Shown one piece after another: positions 51,096 to 60,310 of a stretch of DNA of 64,000 nucleotides. A model generated the notes under the pieces. That model had not been told where the DNA came from. It did not search any database and worked only from the letters and a program-made list of their open reading frames with translations. The stretch comes from Candidatus Amesbacteria bacterium (GTDB lineage: Bacteria; Patescibacteriota; Microgenomatia; CAZETR01; Amesbacteraceae): contig CAVTQH010000004.1 of NCBI GenBank assembly GCA_963736875.1, forward strand, positions 88,050 through 152,049, written 5' to 3'. Made by a program: the position numbers and the translations under genes. The stretch's first letter is position 1; each line of letters begins with the position of its first letter.

Positions 51096-51711
51096 ATGGC
51101 GGCTCACTACGACGACTCTCTCTTTTCCTACCCCGACTATTGGATCGGACGCGATTATGAACATACAAGTGAAATTCTCGCTCTTAAACATCTGTTAAAT
51201 AAGTGATCATTTTGAGTCTGCTGCAGATATCGGAGGAGGGTATGGACGGTTAATCCCTCTATTACAGAAATACGCCGGAAAAATTTCTTTGGTGGAACCT
51301 TCTCTCAAACAGCGACGTCAGGCTAAAAATTATCTCGACCCCCGAGCCAAAATATCCATTATTTCCGGATCTGCCCAAAAAACAGGACTTAAAGATAATT
51401 CCCAGGATCTGGTCGTTATGATCCGGGTGATGCATCATTTACCCCAGCCCCAGCCGGTCCTTCAGGAACTCCATCGGATTTTAAAACCAGGCGGAAAACT
51501 AATTCTGGAATATGCAAATTCCCATCATTTCAAAGCCCGTCTGAAAAGCCTTATAAACGGGCAGCCTCTGCTTCTTACCCCGATTGAAAAACGCAGTCTG
51601 ATAAATATCAAAAAACATACAATTTCTTTTGTAAATCACAGTCCTGTCTCCATTCAAAAACTGCTTTTTACAATCCGGATTTACCGTTATCACCACTCTC
51701 TCCGTATCTAA
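51096..51711 (+). CDS. Class I SAM-dependent methyltransferase; apparent frameshift near 51200
   Basis: N-terminal piece MAAHYDD...ALKHLLNK ends at a TGA. Motif I DIGGGYGR and the downstream VVMIRVMHHL...LKPGGKLILE continue in another frame. Confidence 0.5.
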
Positions 51712-51839
51712 TCTCAGATCTCCTTTTCTTAAAAAATTTATTCCTTATCCGATTCTTACAAACCTGGAACGGATTATTCAGCCTGTTCTCGGAAAAATTA
51801 ATTTCGGTCCTAGTATCTTTATTCTGGCCAGTAAAAATC

Positions 51840-52775
51840 CTAAACTGAGAATATTTGACTTTTTGGAAGACCCATAGTAATATACGACCAGGTTTCGTAG
51901 CTTAGCTTAACCGCTTTGCTGTGAGATTTTAAAAGCCTCGGCACTGGGCAGGAGCCGGGGCTTTTTTTGTGCCTAAATTTCATACTATAATCAAACTGTG
52001 CGCCTCGTGGTGAAATGGTATACACGCAGGCTTTAGGAGCCTGTCCCAGCGATGGTGGTAGGAGGTTCGAGTCCTCTCGAGGGCACATTACAAACTTACT
52101 TTCCTGGCTTCTTTCCATTACTCTGAAATTATTATTCCCTGGATTATTTACCAAATCAGCCACCCGGTAAGCTTCCATTTTATCCGTTTCATTAGGTTCC
52201 ATTATTTTCTTGAGTCTTTCGATATCAAAAAATTTATTATTCAGCCAATCCTCTTCATCTTCTGTATTTAGTATTACCGGCATCCGGTCGTGAATTTCCA
52301 TCATTGTCTTATTTGCCTTTGTAGTCACAATTGAGAATGTCTTAATCTCAAACCCCTGGGCATCTTTCCAGATATCAAAAATTCCGGCAAAACCGAATAT
52401 TCTTCTTTCAACAAGCCTGATCCAATATGGAATTTTAAGTACTTTTCCCCGATCGGAAACTTTTCTCCACTCAAAAAATCCGCTGGCCGGTACCAGACAT
52501 CGCTGCTGTCTGAAAGCTTTTCTGAAAGCCGGTTTAACTTCTATCTCCTCGCTTCTGGCATTAATTGTGCTGTAGCTGATACGCGGATCCCTGGCCCAGA
52601 ACGGAATCAAACCCCATTTCATTTTTTCCACCTTTTTGGGGCTTTTCATGGTTACCACCGGCATTATCATTCCCGGTGCCACGTTATATTCCGGTGACAT
52701 TTCCACCTCGCGGTTTTCAATTTCAAACCGGTCATAAAAATCTTTTTCCGGTATAAATCCGTATCTTCCGCACAT
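51840..52775 (-). CDS. yedK: SOS-response-associated peptidase (SRAP/YedK/HMCES family) abasic-site processing protein
   Basis: N-terminal MCGRYG (Cys2 nucleophile) and SGFFEWR motifs. The family length (~230 aa) implies an end near ~52100, but the ORF stays open to 51840 and reads antisense through tRNA-Leu(TAG). Confidence 0.75.
   Translation of the reverse strand: MCGRYGFIPEKDFYDRFEIENREVEMSPEYNVAPGMIMPVVTMKSPKKVEKMKWGLIPFWARDPRISYSTINARSEEIEVKPAFRKAFRQQRCLVPASGFFEWRKVSDRGKVLKIPYWIRLVERRIFGFAGIFDIWKDAQGFEIKTFSIVTTKANKTMMEIHDRMPVILNTEDEEDWLNNKFFDIERLKKIMEPNETDKMEAYRVADLVNNPGNNNFRVMERSQESKFVMCPREDSNLLPPSLGQAPKACVYTISPRGAQFDYSMKFRHKKSPGSCPVPRLLKSHSKAVKLSYETWSYITMGLPKSQIFSV
51935..51968 (+). 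terminator. Rho-independent terminator (9-bp GC stem + T7), A-tract on the other side
   Basis: AAAAGCCTCGGC-ACTGGGCAGGA-GCCGGGGCTTTTTTT. Confidence 0.6.
52001..52085 (+). tRNA. tRNA-Leu (anticodon TAG), type II; the first two acceptor-stem pairs are mismatched
   Basis: Anticodon stem CAGGC/GCCTG with loop TTTAGGA, long variable arm, T-loop TTCGAGT. The 3' acceptor CGAGGGC faces 5' CGCCTCG (C1-C72 and G2-G71 unpaired). Confidence 0.6.
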
Positions 52776-52784
52776 ATTCCGATT

Positions 52785-54042
52785 TTAACTCATAACTATC
52801 TCCTCCAGCTCTTTTATCCCTCCGAACGCTATCCGGTCAGGTACCAGATCCGCCGCTCCCAACATCAGAGCCGGAGTCAGCACAAAATTTCCCCATCTTT
52901 CGTTTACCTTATCCACCGCCGCCACCAGACTTTCCTTTTTTGCTACCTCCTCCAAAAATGTTGTTTGCAAAACGCCTTGTTTTACTAAATCAAATCCTGA
53001 TACCGCCAGTGTATGCACGGGTTTCCGATACGGGGAAGAGACCATTATCCGCCTGGCTGCCTTATAAATATCCCTGCTGTCAAAGATCGGATCGGGCTGC
53101 ACCTGCCCATGATGCCACCAGGAAAAATCACGGTACAGCATCCCCACATGCACTCCCCGGGCCCGATACCCGGCCCGCCGCATTCTCATCCCCATCTTAA
53201 AAACCAGTTTGTGCAAAATCGGCGACAATTCTTCAGGGCAGGAAACCGGTTTGGGCAAAGCATAACTGTTCCCGTAGCTTCTCCGGGCAAACACCACATC
53301 GTCAACCTCAAACCCCCTCAGACGTAAATACCAATAGTATCCCAGTACCGAACCAAACGCAGCTTTCAGAACAGTTGCCCGCGCTGCCCAAAAATCAACC
53401 ACGGAAAATATTCCGAAATAATTCAGACGGGCTGCGTTATTACCCTTGATTCCGCACAAATCCGCCAGTTTCAAACCCATATAAATTGTCAGAAAATTAC
53501 CTTTGTCAATCACATCCAGCCCGTCCGGTTTGTGCAGAGAAGCTCCGGTTTTGGCCAGCCACCGGTTGGGAGCAATCCCCACCGACACCCGCAAAAAATC
53601 CCCCACTTCCTCTCTGACCCTTTTTTTAATCTCCGTCGCCACCTCCACCATCCCCCTGCGCCGACAGGGGGCTCCCTCCAAATCCATCACAAATTCATCT
53701 ATCGACTTGGGTGTCACTTTATCGGTATAAGTCCCCAACAAGCTGCTTCAGTTTAAGATGTACCGACCGGTATTTATTCGGATCCGGCGGTATCACTATC
53801 AGTTCGGGTACCAGCATTCTGCCGTCTTTCACCCGCATTCCCACCCGTACCCCCAGCTTCTTGGCTTCCACCGAAGGAGCAATAATGCATCCCCCGGGGG
53901 TCGTATATGCCGCCACCGCCACCGGTTTACCCCGGAGGAGGGGATTGGCCTGCTGTTCCACACTGGCAAAGCAGGAATTCAGGTCCAAATGGATAATCGT
54001 CGGCTCTTTTGAATTAAAAGACAAATCAGTCAGCTTCTCCAT
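52785..54042 (-). CDS. dinB: Y-family DNA polymerase (DinB/UmuC-like, Pol IV/V class); N-terminal 107-aa and C-terminal 318-aa ORFs split by an apparent frameshift
   Basis: N-terminal IIHLDLNSCFASVEQ motif (the conserved DxxxFFAxVE block). C-terminal VGIAPNRWLAKTGASLHKPDG and the little-finger region. Noticeably GC-richer (~57%) than its neighbours. Confidence 0.8.
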
Positions 54043-54286
54043 CGCTTATCTCCTCCAAAGTCCAAAAAAGATTATCCGTATCCAGAACCAGGCGGAAAAA
54101 AAGGCTTTCGGACACTACCGAAAACACATGCAGCAAGGTCCTCCCCTGGCGGAATACGTGGTGATACCCCACCCGGCGTATCAGATAGTCCCGTCCGTCA
54201 AATACCACCCTCACGGGGCCTACCTGCCGTTTCCGGTGATCATAAAGCGTCTCTACTGTCACCGGAACTTTCAACTTTTGTATCAT
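54026..54286 (-). CDS. Hypothetical small protein encoded first in the Y-polymerase/SRAP operon, possibly a polymerase accessory factor
   Basis: 86-aa ORF overlapping the polymerase start by 17 nt. No motif recognised. Confidence 0.3.
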   Translation of the reverse strand: MIQKLKVPVTVETLYDHRKRQVGPVRVVFDGRDYLIRRVGYHHVFRQGRTLLHVFSVVSESLFFRLVLDTDNLFWTLEEISDGEAD

Positions 54287-54319
54287 AGCTACTCTGCTGG
54301 CCCTCGTCTTTATTCATAC

Positions 54320-54342
54320 CCGAATATTACCCGAATGTCAAG
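54320..54342. promoter_or_regulatory. Candidate promoter/operator of the polymerase cassette, sharing a motif with the lexA/uvrB region
   Basis: CCGAATATTACCCGAATGTCAAG. On the cassette strand this gives TTGACA-17-TATGAA with TTCGG elements in the spacer, 34-56 nt upstream of the first start codon. Confidence 0.3.
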
Positions 54343-54393
54343 AGATACAAAACATATCATGGGATTTCTTCATGACATCCGTCTAATAGTCAC

Positions 54394-54792
54394 ATGGAAA
54401 TTCCCCGTCACTGGCGCTTAAAAAAACAAAGATACGCTCTGATCGGAGAAATCTGTCCCCATTGTGATGCCAAACTTTTCCCTCCCCGGGACATTTGTCC
54501 GCAATGCAAAAAGGAGGCAAAAACACCTTTCCAATTTTCCGGAAAAGGAGAAATTTACTCACACACAACCATGCATGAAGGTCTCCCTGACGGTTATCAG
54601 GGTCTTGTTCCGCTTTCTATCGCCCTCATCAAACTGGAAGAAGGTCCTATTATTACTGCCCAACTTACCGATCTGGGGGATAAAAAGCCGGAAATCGGTA
54701 TGCCGGTGGAAATGGTAACCCGCAGGTTACAAGATAACAGTGACGAACAGGGAATTATTGTTTACGGTTATAAATTCCGTCCTGTACTGTAA
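54394..54792 (+). CDS. DUF35-family Zn-ribbon + OB-fold protein (COG1545)
   Basis: CPHCDAK...CPQCKK zinc ribbon followed by an OB-fold-like C-terminus. 132 aa. Confidence 0.55.
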   Translation: MEIPRHWRLKKQRYALIGEICPHCDAKLFPPRDICPQCKKEAKTPFQFSGKGEIYSHTTMHEGLPDGYQGLVPLSIALIKLEEGPIITAQLTDLGDKKPEIGMPVEMVTRRLQDNSDEQGIIVYGYKFRPVL

Positions 54793-54822
54793 ATTCTTCA
54801 TTCCATGTAGTATTATCGGCCT

Positions 54823-55418
54823 ATGAGATTGACTCCTCCCCGTATACTTGCCGCTGTTTTTGTTGTTCTGGCAGTTGCGTTTTATTTAAATTCCCGTCAC
54901 AACCGTCTTCTTCCCACCGGCAAAATATCTCAAACCGAACCTGTAAACCTGGGTGCTTCCGACATTTCCCAGGCGGTTATTTCCGGTCGTCCCCAGGTGG
55001 AAATCACCACATCCAGGGGAAAATTTGTCGTTGAACTCCGGCCTGATCTGGCTCAAAACACTGTTATCAATTACATGCAAAAGTGGGTTGCGGGTTACTG
55101 CAACTCTCTTACCTTTCACCGGGTGGAAGATTGGGTTATCCAGGGGTGTGATCCCAGCGGTAACGGTACCGGTGGGAGAGGATGATCTTCCGACGGAAAT
55201 CTCAAGTCAAAATTTTATCAGCCGGAAGCGTGGGTGTTGCCCGTAAACCTTCTTCCGAAGACAAATCAAATTCTTCCCAGTTTTTTATCGTTAAAAAAGA
55301 CTCATCCTTTCTTAACGGGGAATACACTTACTTTGGTCAGGTAATTTCCGGTATGAATGTAGTAAATTCTATTACATCCGGAGATAGGATTATCTCCACC
55401 GAAATCCTCACAAAATAA
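54823..55418 (+). CDS. Second cyclophilin-type peptidyl-prolyl isomerase; split by an apparent frameshift at ~55185
   Basis: ORF 54823..55185 carries FHRVEDWVIQGCDPSGNGTGG. ORF 55182..55418 carries SSQFFIVKKD...YTYFGQVISGMNVVN. Together they are collinear with the gene at 43120. Confidence 0.7.
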
Positions 55419-55423
55419 CCATT

Positions 55424-56140
55424 ATGCCGGACTCCATCATCCGCCACGATAACGGCACAATATCGCTCAAAATTGTTATTCCCTGGGCACAGATCGATGA
55501 AGCCTATAAAAAACAGGTTTCACAGGCCCTGAATAAAACCGAAGTTCCGGGTTTTCGTAAGGGCAAGGCACCGGAAAAGGTTGCCCAGGAAAAATTGGAT
55601 AAATCACATCTGATGTCCCTGGCTCTCAGCGAACTTCTGCCTCCGGCTTATTCCCAATTGGTCAAAGCCAACAATCTTAAACCAATACTCTACCCCCAAA
55701 TCCAGATCGACAAAGGCGTGTCGGGTCAGGATTTTGAATTTACGGCTACCACCTGCGAGGCTCCTGTTGTTAATTTGCCCGCCAACTTCCGGGACGAAAT
55801 TTCAAAGCTGAAACCCCCGGAAACCGGTCCGAAATTTGATTCCATCGCCCACTATCTCCGGCAGAATTGCCGTATAAACGTTCCCGACATTCTGATAAAT
55901 GAGGAGGTTAACCATCGTCTGTCATTATTGGTGGAAAATCTTACCAAATTAGGCCTCGACATCCCCAAATATCTGCAAACCAAGAAATTATCCCCCCAGG
56001 ATCTTAAGGATCTTACCGCCAAAGAAGCCAGAGCCGATCTTGAGATGGAATTAATTCTGACCGAGATCAAATTACAGGAAAAGTTGCCTGATAAAACCAA
56101 AACCGTCGACTATCTGCTGCACCTCTTGCCAAACGGCTAA
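55424..56140 (+). CDS. tig: Trigger factor, short form (ribosome-binding N-domain + C-terminal arm, no obvious PPIase domain)
   Basis: PGFRKGKAP ribosome-binding signature near the N-terminus. 238 aa. Confidence 0.6.
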   Translation: MPDSIIRHDNGTISLKIVIPWAQIDEAYKKQVSQALNKTEVPGFRKGKAPEKVAQEKLDKSHLMSLALSELLPPAYSQLVKANNLKPILYPQIQIDKGVSGQDFEFTATTCEAPVVNLPANFRDEISKLKPPETGPKFDSIAHYLRQNCRINVPDILINEEVNHRLSLLVENLTKLGLDIPKYLQTKKLSPQDLKDLTAKEARADLEMELILTEIKLQEKLPDKTKTVDYLLHLLPNG

Positions 56141-56161
56141 TATATAATATAATAACCAAAT

Positions 56162-56797
56162 ATGGCTACGACCTATAGTAATTCAAGCAGAGCCGGACGT
56201 CAAAAAGTTCAGTCCCCGGAAAATTTTCTGGAAGCGTTGCGGGGTTTGGGAAAAAGTACCGTTTCCGAAGCTAAATCACAAGCCAGAAAAGCGGTTGTCA
56301 GCGATATCCCGGAATCATTCGGTTTTGGCCCGAGCGGGACCTTAAAACCCAACGAATCGCTTACTGTCAACGATCTGCAAAACGCCCAGGAAAGGGGATA
56401 CCGTGAAGCTGAATCAGACTACTCCCGCCAGCTGTTTCAAATGCGGGAGCGTGAACATTCACATCTCATGCAACAGGAAACTGCTGCCAAACAGCAAATT
56501 ATCGGGATCCAGCAGGAAATTCGGTCTCTGGCCAAAAGCCTGGGTGATTTTGCGCAGGAAGTTGAAGTCGCCACCATCCAGACCCCGGTTAACCCCGGTA
56601 TCTATCACAAAAACTTCTACGCTCATTTACGGTCGGTAATTTCCCTTCTGCGCCAGAAGGTAGAATCATCCAAGAATTGGCTGGCTGCCACTAATACCAG
56701 AGCCCAAAAGAAAGGTTTTTACTGGTCCCAGGTAGGTAAATCCGGAACAAAATTCATGCTTTCCTCGGAAAGATATATGGTTACCAGCACCGGATAG
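56162..56797 (+). CDS. Hypothetical protein
   Basis: 211-aa ORF, coiled-coil-rich middle. Confidence 0.3.
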   Translation: MATTYSNSSRAGRQKVQSPENFLEALRGLGKSTVSEAKSQARKAVVSDIPESFGFGPSGTLKPNESLTVNDLQNAQERGYREAESDYSRQLFQMREREHSHLMQQETAAKQQIIGIQQEIRSLAKSLGDFAQEVEVATIQTPVNPGIYHKNFYAHLRSVISLLRQKVESSKNWLAATNTRAQKKGFYWSQVGKSGTKFMLSSERYMVTSTG

Positions 56798-56883
56798 TAT
56801 CCGCTTGCACTCAAACCCGATTCCGGGATAGAATAAATTATCAATATCAAGCCTTATTTATTCATATGATAAATATAATTTCC

Positions 56884-58275
56884 GATGAACCTCCCCTTAA
56901 ACGTTCTTACCGATTTTTTACGGATTCCTTCCGTTTCCACCCAGCCTGAACAGGCGGGTGAATGTCTTCGGGCTGCAAATTATATTTCAGATCATCTTTC
57001 TTCTCTTGGGTTTCTCTTCCCGGCTTCTTCCCGGTAAAGTCCATCCCTCAGTCTTTGCCCAACTAACATCCGCAGCGGAAGACATCCGACAGTCTTAATT
57101 TACGGCCACTACGATGTCCAGCCGGCAGGAGCTCCCAGCCAATGGACTACCCCTGCTTTTGAACCGGATATCAGAAAAGGACGTATTTATGCCCGGGGAG
57201 CCACCGATAACAAAGGTCAGCTGATGGTTCAGATTCATGCGGTCAGCCAACTTATTAATAAGTACGGTCAAAATAATTTACCTCTGAATATTAAATTTCT
57301 GATTGAAGGTGAAGAAGAAATCGGCAGCCCGAGCGTTATGGATCAACTGACCGCATATCCCGAACTGTTTCGATACCGACTATGTAATTATTTCAGACAC
57401 CGAAATGCTGGGAGCCAACCGGCCGACTCTTGACGTCTCGTTAAGAGGTGTTATGGACATAGAAATTTCTGTTCAGACCGGATCTCATGATATCCATTCC
57501 GGCCAATTCGGAGGTTTGGCACCAAATCCGGCTTTTATTATGTCTCACTTATTGTCGCTTCTGAAAAATGGCCGTGACCGGGTATTAATTTCGGAATTTT
57601 ATTCGGATATTATTCCACCTACACCCAAAGAACTCGACGATCTGCGCCGTCACGCTCCCGATGTCAAAGATGTTCTTAAAGAAGGTCATTTTTTCTATCT
57701 TGGAGGCGGAGAACCTCATTTACCCATCAATCGTCGCCGTTGGTATGAGCCGACTCTGGACATTACCGGTCTCGATTCCGGTTATACCGGACATGGTACC
57801 AAAACAATTATTCCCGGCCGGGCCGATGCCAAACTTTCAATCCGACTTGGTCCCGTACCAGAATCCGCAAAAAATCTACTCCAATTTGGTTAATTTCCTG
57901 CAAAAACACGTCTCCAAAAATGTTGTTTTATCAGTTTCCCGTTCGGAAATTGCCCTGCCGTACCGGGCTCCTATAGAACATCCGGTTTACCACTTGGCGG
58001 GTCAGTGTCTGGAAAGCATTTTCGGCCACCCGGCAGCCTTTGTCGGTCAGGGCGGATCCATAGGTTTCGTCCCGGTTTTGGCTAAATCTTTAAACGTTCC
58101 CTGTGTCCTGATTGGTTTTGGTTTACCCGATGAAAATCTTCATGCCCCCAATGAACACTTTTCATTGTTCAACTTTTCCAGGGGTATTGAAGCTATGACT
58201 TTGTTTTACTCCCGTCTCGCCGATTTAAAACCTGTAGCATTAAAAAATCAGGAGACTAACAACTCACCCGAATAA
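56884..58275 (+). CDS. M20-family metallopeptidase (ArgE/DapE/dipeptidase-like); fragmented into at least five frames in this assembly
   Basis: PTVLIYGHYDVQPAG...WTTPAF...GRIYARGATDNKGQ metal-binding block, plus later M20 dimerisation and C-terminal blocks spread over ORFs 57224..57433, 57405..57893 and 57661..58275. Confidence 0.65.
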
Positions 58276-58313
58276 CCGCTCTGATGATATAATTTAACCG
58301 CCTTACCGGGCGC

Positions 58314-58390
58314 GGACTCGTAGCTCAGTTGGCTAGAGCGTCGCATTGACATTGCGAAGGCCACAGGTTCGAATCCTGTCGGGTCCACCA
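58314..58390 (+). tRNA. tRNA-Val (anticodon GAC), CCA encoded
   Basis: Hand fold: acceptor GGACTCG/CGGGTCC (one G-U), anticodon stem TCGCA/TGCGA with loop TTGACAT, T-loop TTCGAAT, discriminator A plus CCA. The final A is the A of the downstream ATG. Confidence 0.85.
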
Positions 58391-59363
58391 TGAAAAAAGC
58401 TTGGTTTGCGGTGCCGGAGGATTTATCGGCAGTCACCTGGTCAAAAGGTTAAAAAAAGAAGGATATTATATCCGGGGAGCGGATCTGAAAAAACCGCAGT
58501 ACAGCCCGACTGCAGCTGACGATTTTTTACTTCTCGATTTAAGAATCAGAGTCAATTGTAAAAAAGCTTTGACCATTCCCGGCGGATTTGACGAAGTTTA
58601 TCAGTTGGCAGCCGACCGCGGGGGAGCCGGTTACATGATTCCCGGCGAATGCGACATGATGGAAAATAACGCCCTGATTAATATTTATATGATTTCCGAA
58701 GCCGTAAAACTGCCTGAACTTCCCGAATATTTCTTTTCCTCGTCTGTCTGTGTTTACAAAGATATGTCTGTCGGAGCACCTGCCATTAAAGAGAGCAGTG
58801 CCTACCCCGCTAATCCTGAAAATGAATACGGCTGGGAAAAACTTTACACTGAAAGAATGCTCTCAGCTTTCAGCCGCCGTTTCCGTATACCTGTAAGAAT
58901 TGCTAGGTTTCATACCACTTATGGTCCGGAGACCAATTGGGAAGGCGGGCGGGAAAAAGCCGCTGATGCAATTTGCAGAAAAGTAGCTTTAGCCGAAAAC
59001 GGTCAATCAGTAGAAGTCTGGGGAGACGGAAAAGCTGTCAGGGTATTTACATATATCGATGACCTTATTTCCGGTATCAGAAAACTTATGCAGTCGGATC
59101 TAAAAGGTCCGACAAATATCGGCAGTCCCCAATATGTCACTGTTGACGAACTGGCAAAAACCATCATCAGGGTTTCAGGAAAAAATCTGAAAATCAAACA
59201 TGTCTCCGGACCGGTTGGTGTTCATGCCAGGAATTTCAGTAATCAAAAAATCTACACTACGGGTTGGAGGTCAAAATATTCCCTTGAAGACGGTGTTAAA
59301 ATCCATTATCCGTGGGTCAGATCACAAGTCGAAAAAAAATATTTCAAAATGAAAGGTAAATAA
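58390..59363 (+). CDS. NAD-dependent sugar-nucleotide epimerase/dehydratase (SDR family)
   Basis: GAGGFIGSHLV Rossmann motif and a Y..K catalytic region. The ATG at 58390 (MKKA) is in the +1 frame relative to the body; an A7 instead of the observed A6 would give MKKSLVCGAGGFIGSHLV. Confidence 0.8.
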
Positions 59364-60190
59364 TGCACCTTGGAGCTCATGTTTCCATTGCCGGAGGTCT
59401 TTATAAAAGCCTGGATCGGATAACCGATCTCGGGGGTAATACCCTGATGACTTTCGCTTCCTCTCCGCGTTCACTTCGTACAAACAAACATATGACAAAT
59501 GAAATTCAGAAATACCTGCAAAAGAAAGCAGAACTAAACCTTGGACCGCACTTTTTTCATGGAGTTTACTTAATTAATCTGGCTTCCGATTCCAAAAGTC
59601 TTCTCAAAGCCGGCATGGATTCGCTCATTTACTATCAGCAACTGGCCGGAGAAATTGGAGTTGTAGGAACAATATTTCATATCGGAAGTCACAAAGGCCA
59701 GGGACTTGCTGAAACGCTCAACCAAATTGTGGCCTCAATTAATTTTATCCTCGACAGTTCACCCAAAGGTACCAGGTTGATTCTGGAAAATGCCGCCGGT
59801 CAGGCCGGAACCATCGGCCAGACTTTTGAAGAACTGTCTCAAATAATCAGCCGTATCGGGGATAAACCTAAAATCGGCGTCTGTCTGGATACCCAGCATG
59901 CATTCGCCTCCGGATATCCTTTGGACACCGTGCTTGATAAATTTGACAGGGCTATAAATTTAAAACACTTATCTGTTATTCACCTCAACGATTCTTTAAC
60001 GGATTTCAATTCTCACATCGATCGTCATGCAAATTTGGGTAAGGGAAAGATCGGTTTGGATGCCATTAAAAAATTTTTAAATGATCCCCGTCTCAAAAAT
60101 GTTCCGGTTATTTTGGAAACGCCTGGAGAAAACAATTCCGGTCCCCGTAAACAGGACATTGCTTTACTCAAGTCCCTGGTAGTACAATAA
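59363..60190 (+). CDS. nfo: Endonuclease IV (AP endonuclease family 2)
   Basis: MHLGAHVSIAGG N-terminus, HxxxD/E metal sites of the xylose-isomerase-like TIM barrel. 275 aa. Confidence 0.8.
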   Translation: MHLGAHVSIAGGLYKSLDRITDLGGNTLMTFASSPRSLRTNKHMTNEIQKYLQKKAELNLGPHFFHGVYLINLASDSKSLLKAGMDSLIYYQQLAGEIGVVGTIFHIGSHKGQGLAETLNQIVASINFILDSSPKGTRLILENAAGQAGTIGQTFEELSQIISRIGDKPKIGVCLDTQHAFASGYPLDTVLDKFDRAINLKHLSVIHLNDSLTDFNSHIDRHANLGKGKIGLDAIKKFLNDPRLKNVPVILETPGENNSGPRKQDIALLKSLVVQ

Positions 60191-60310
60191 ATAAAATTAA
60201 TCCGGTCGCAGACCTCACCAATCTGCCCCAAAACCGGAAAATATATAATTAAGCCACCATAGTAGTCAGATGGAACCCCGGGTCTGACGAAGAGGTGGAT
60301 TTTTGTTTAT

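Noticed and set aside
52940-54421. Plus-strand ORFs (up to 236 aa) overlapping the Y-family polymerase gene
   Set aside because: These are open antisense frames created by the GC-rich polymerase gene. The polymerase reading is supported by conserved motifs, and the antisense ORFs are Pro/Arg/His-rich with no domain signal.
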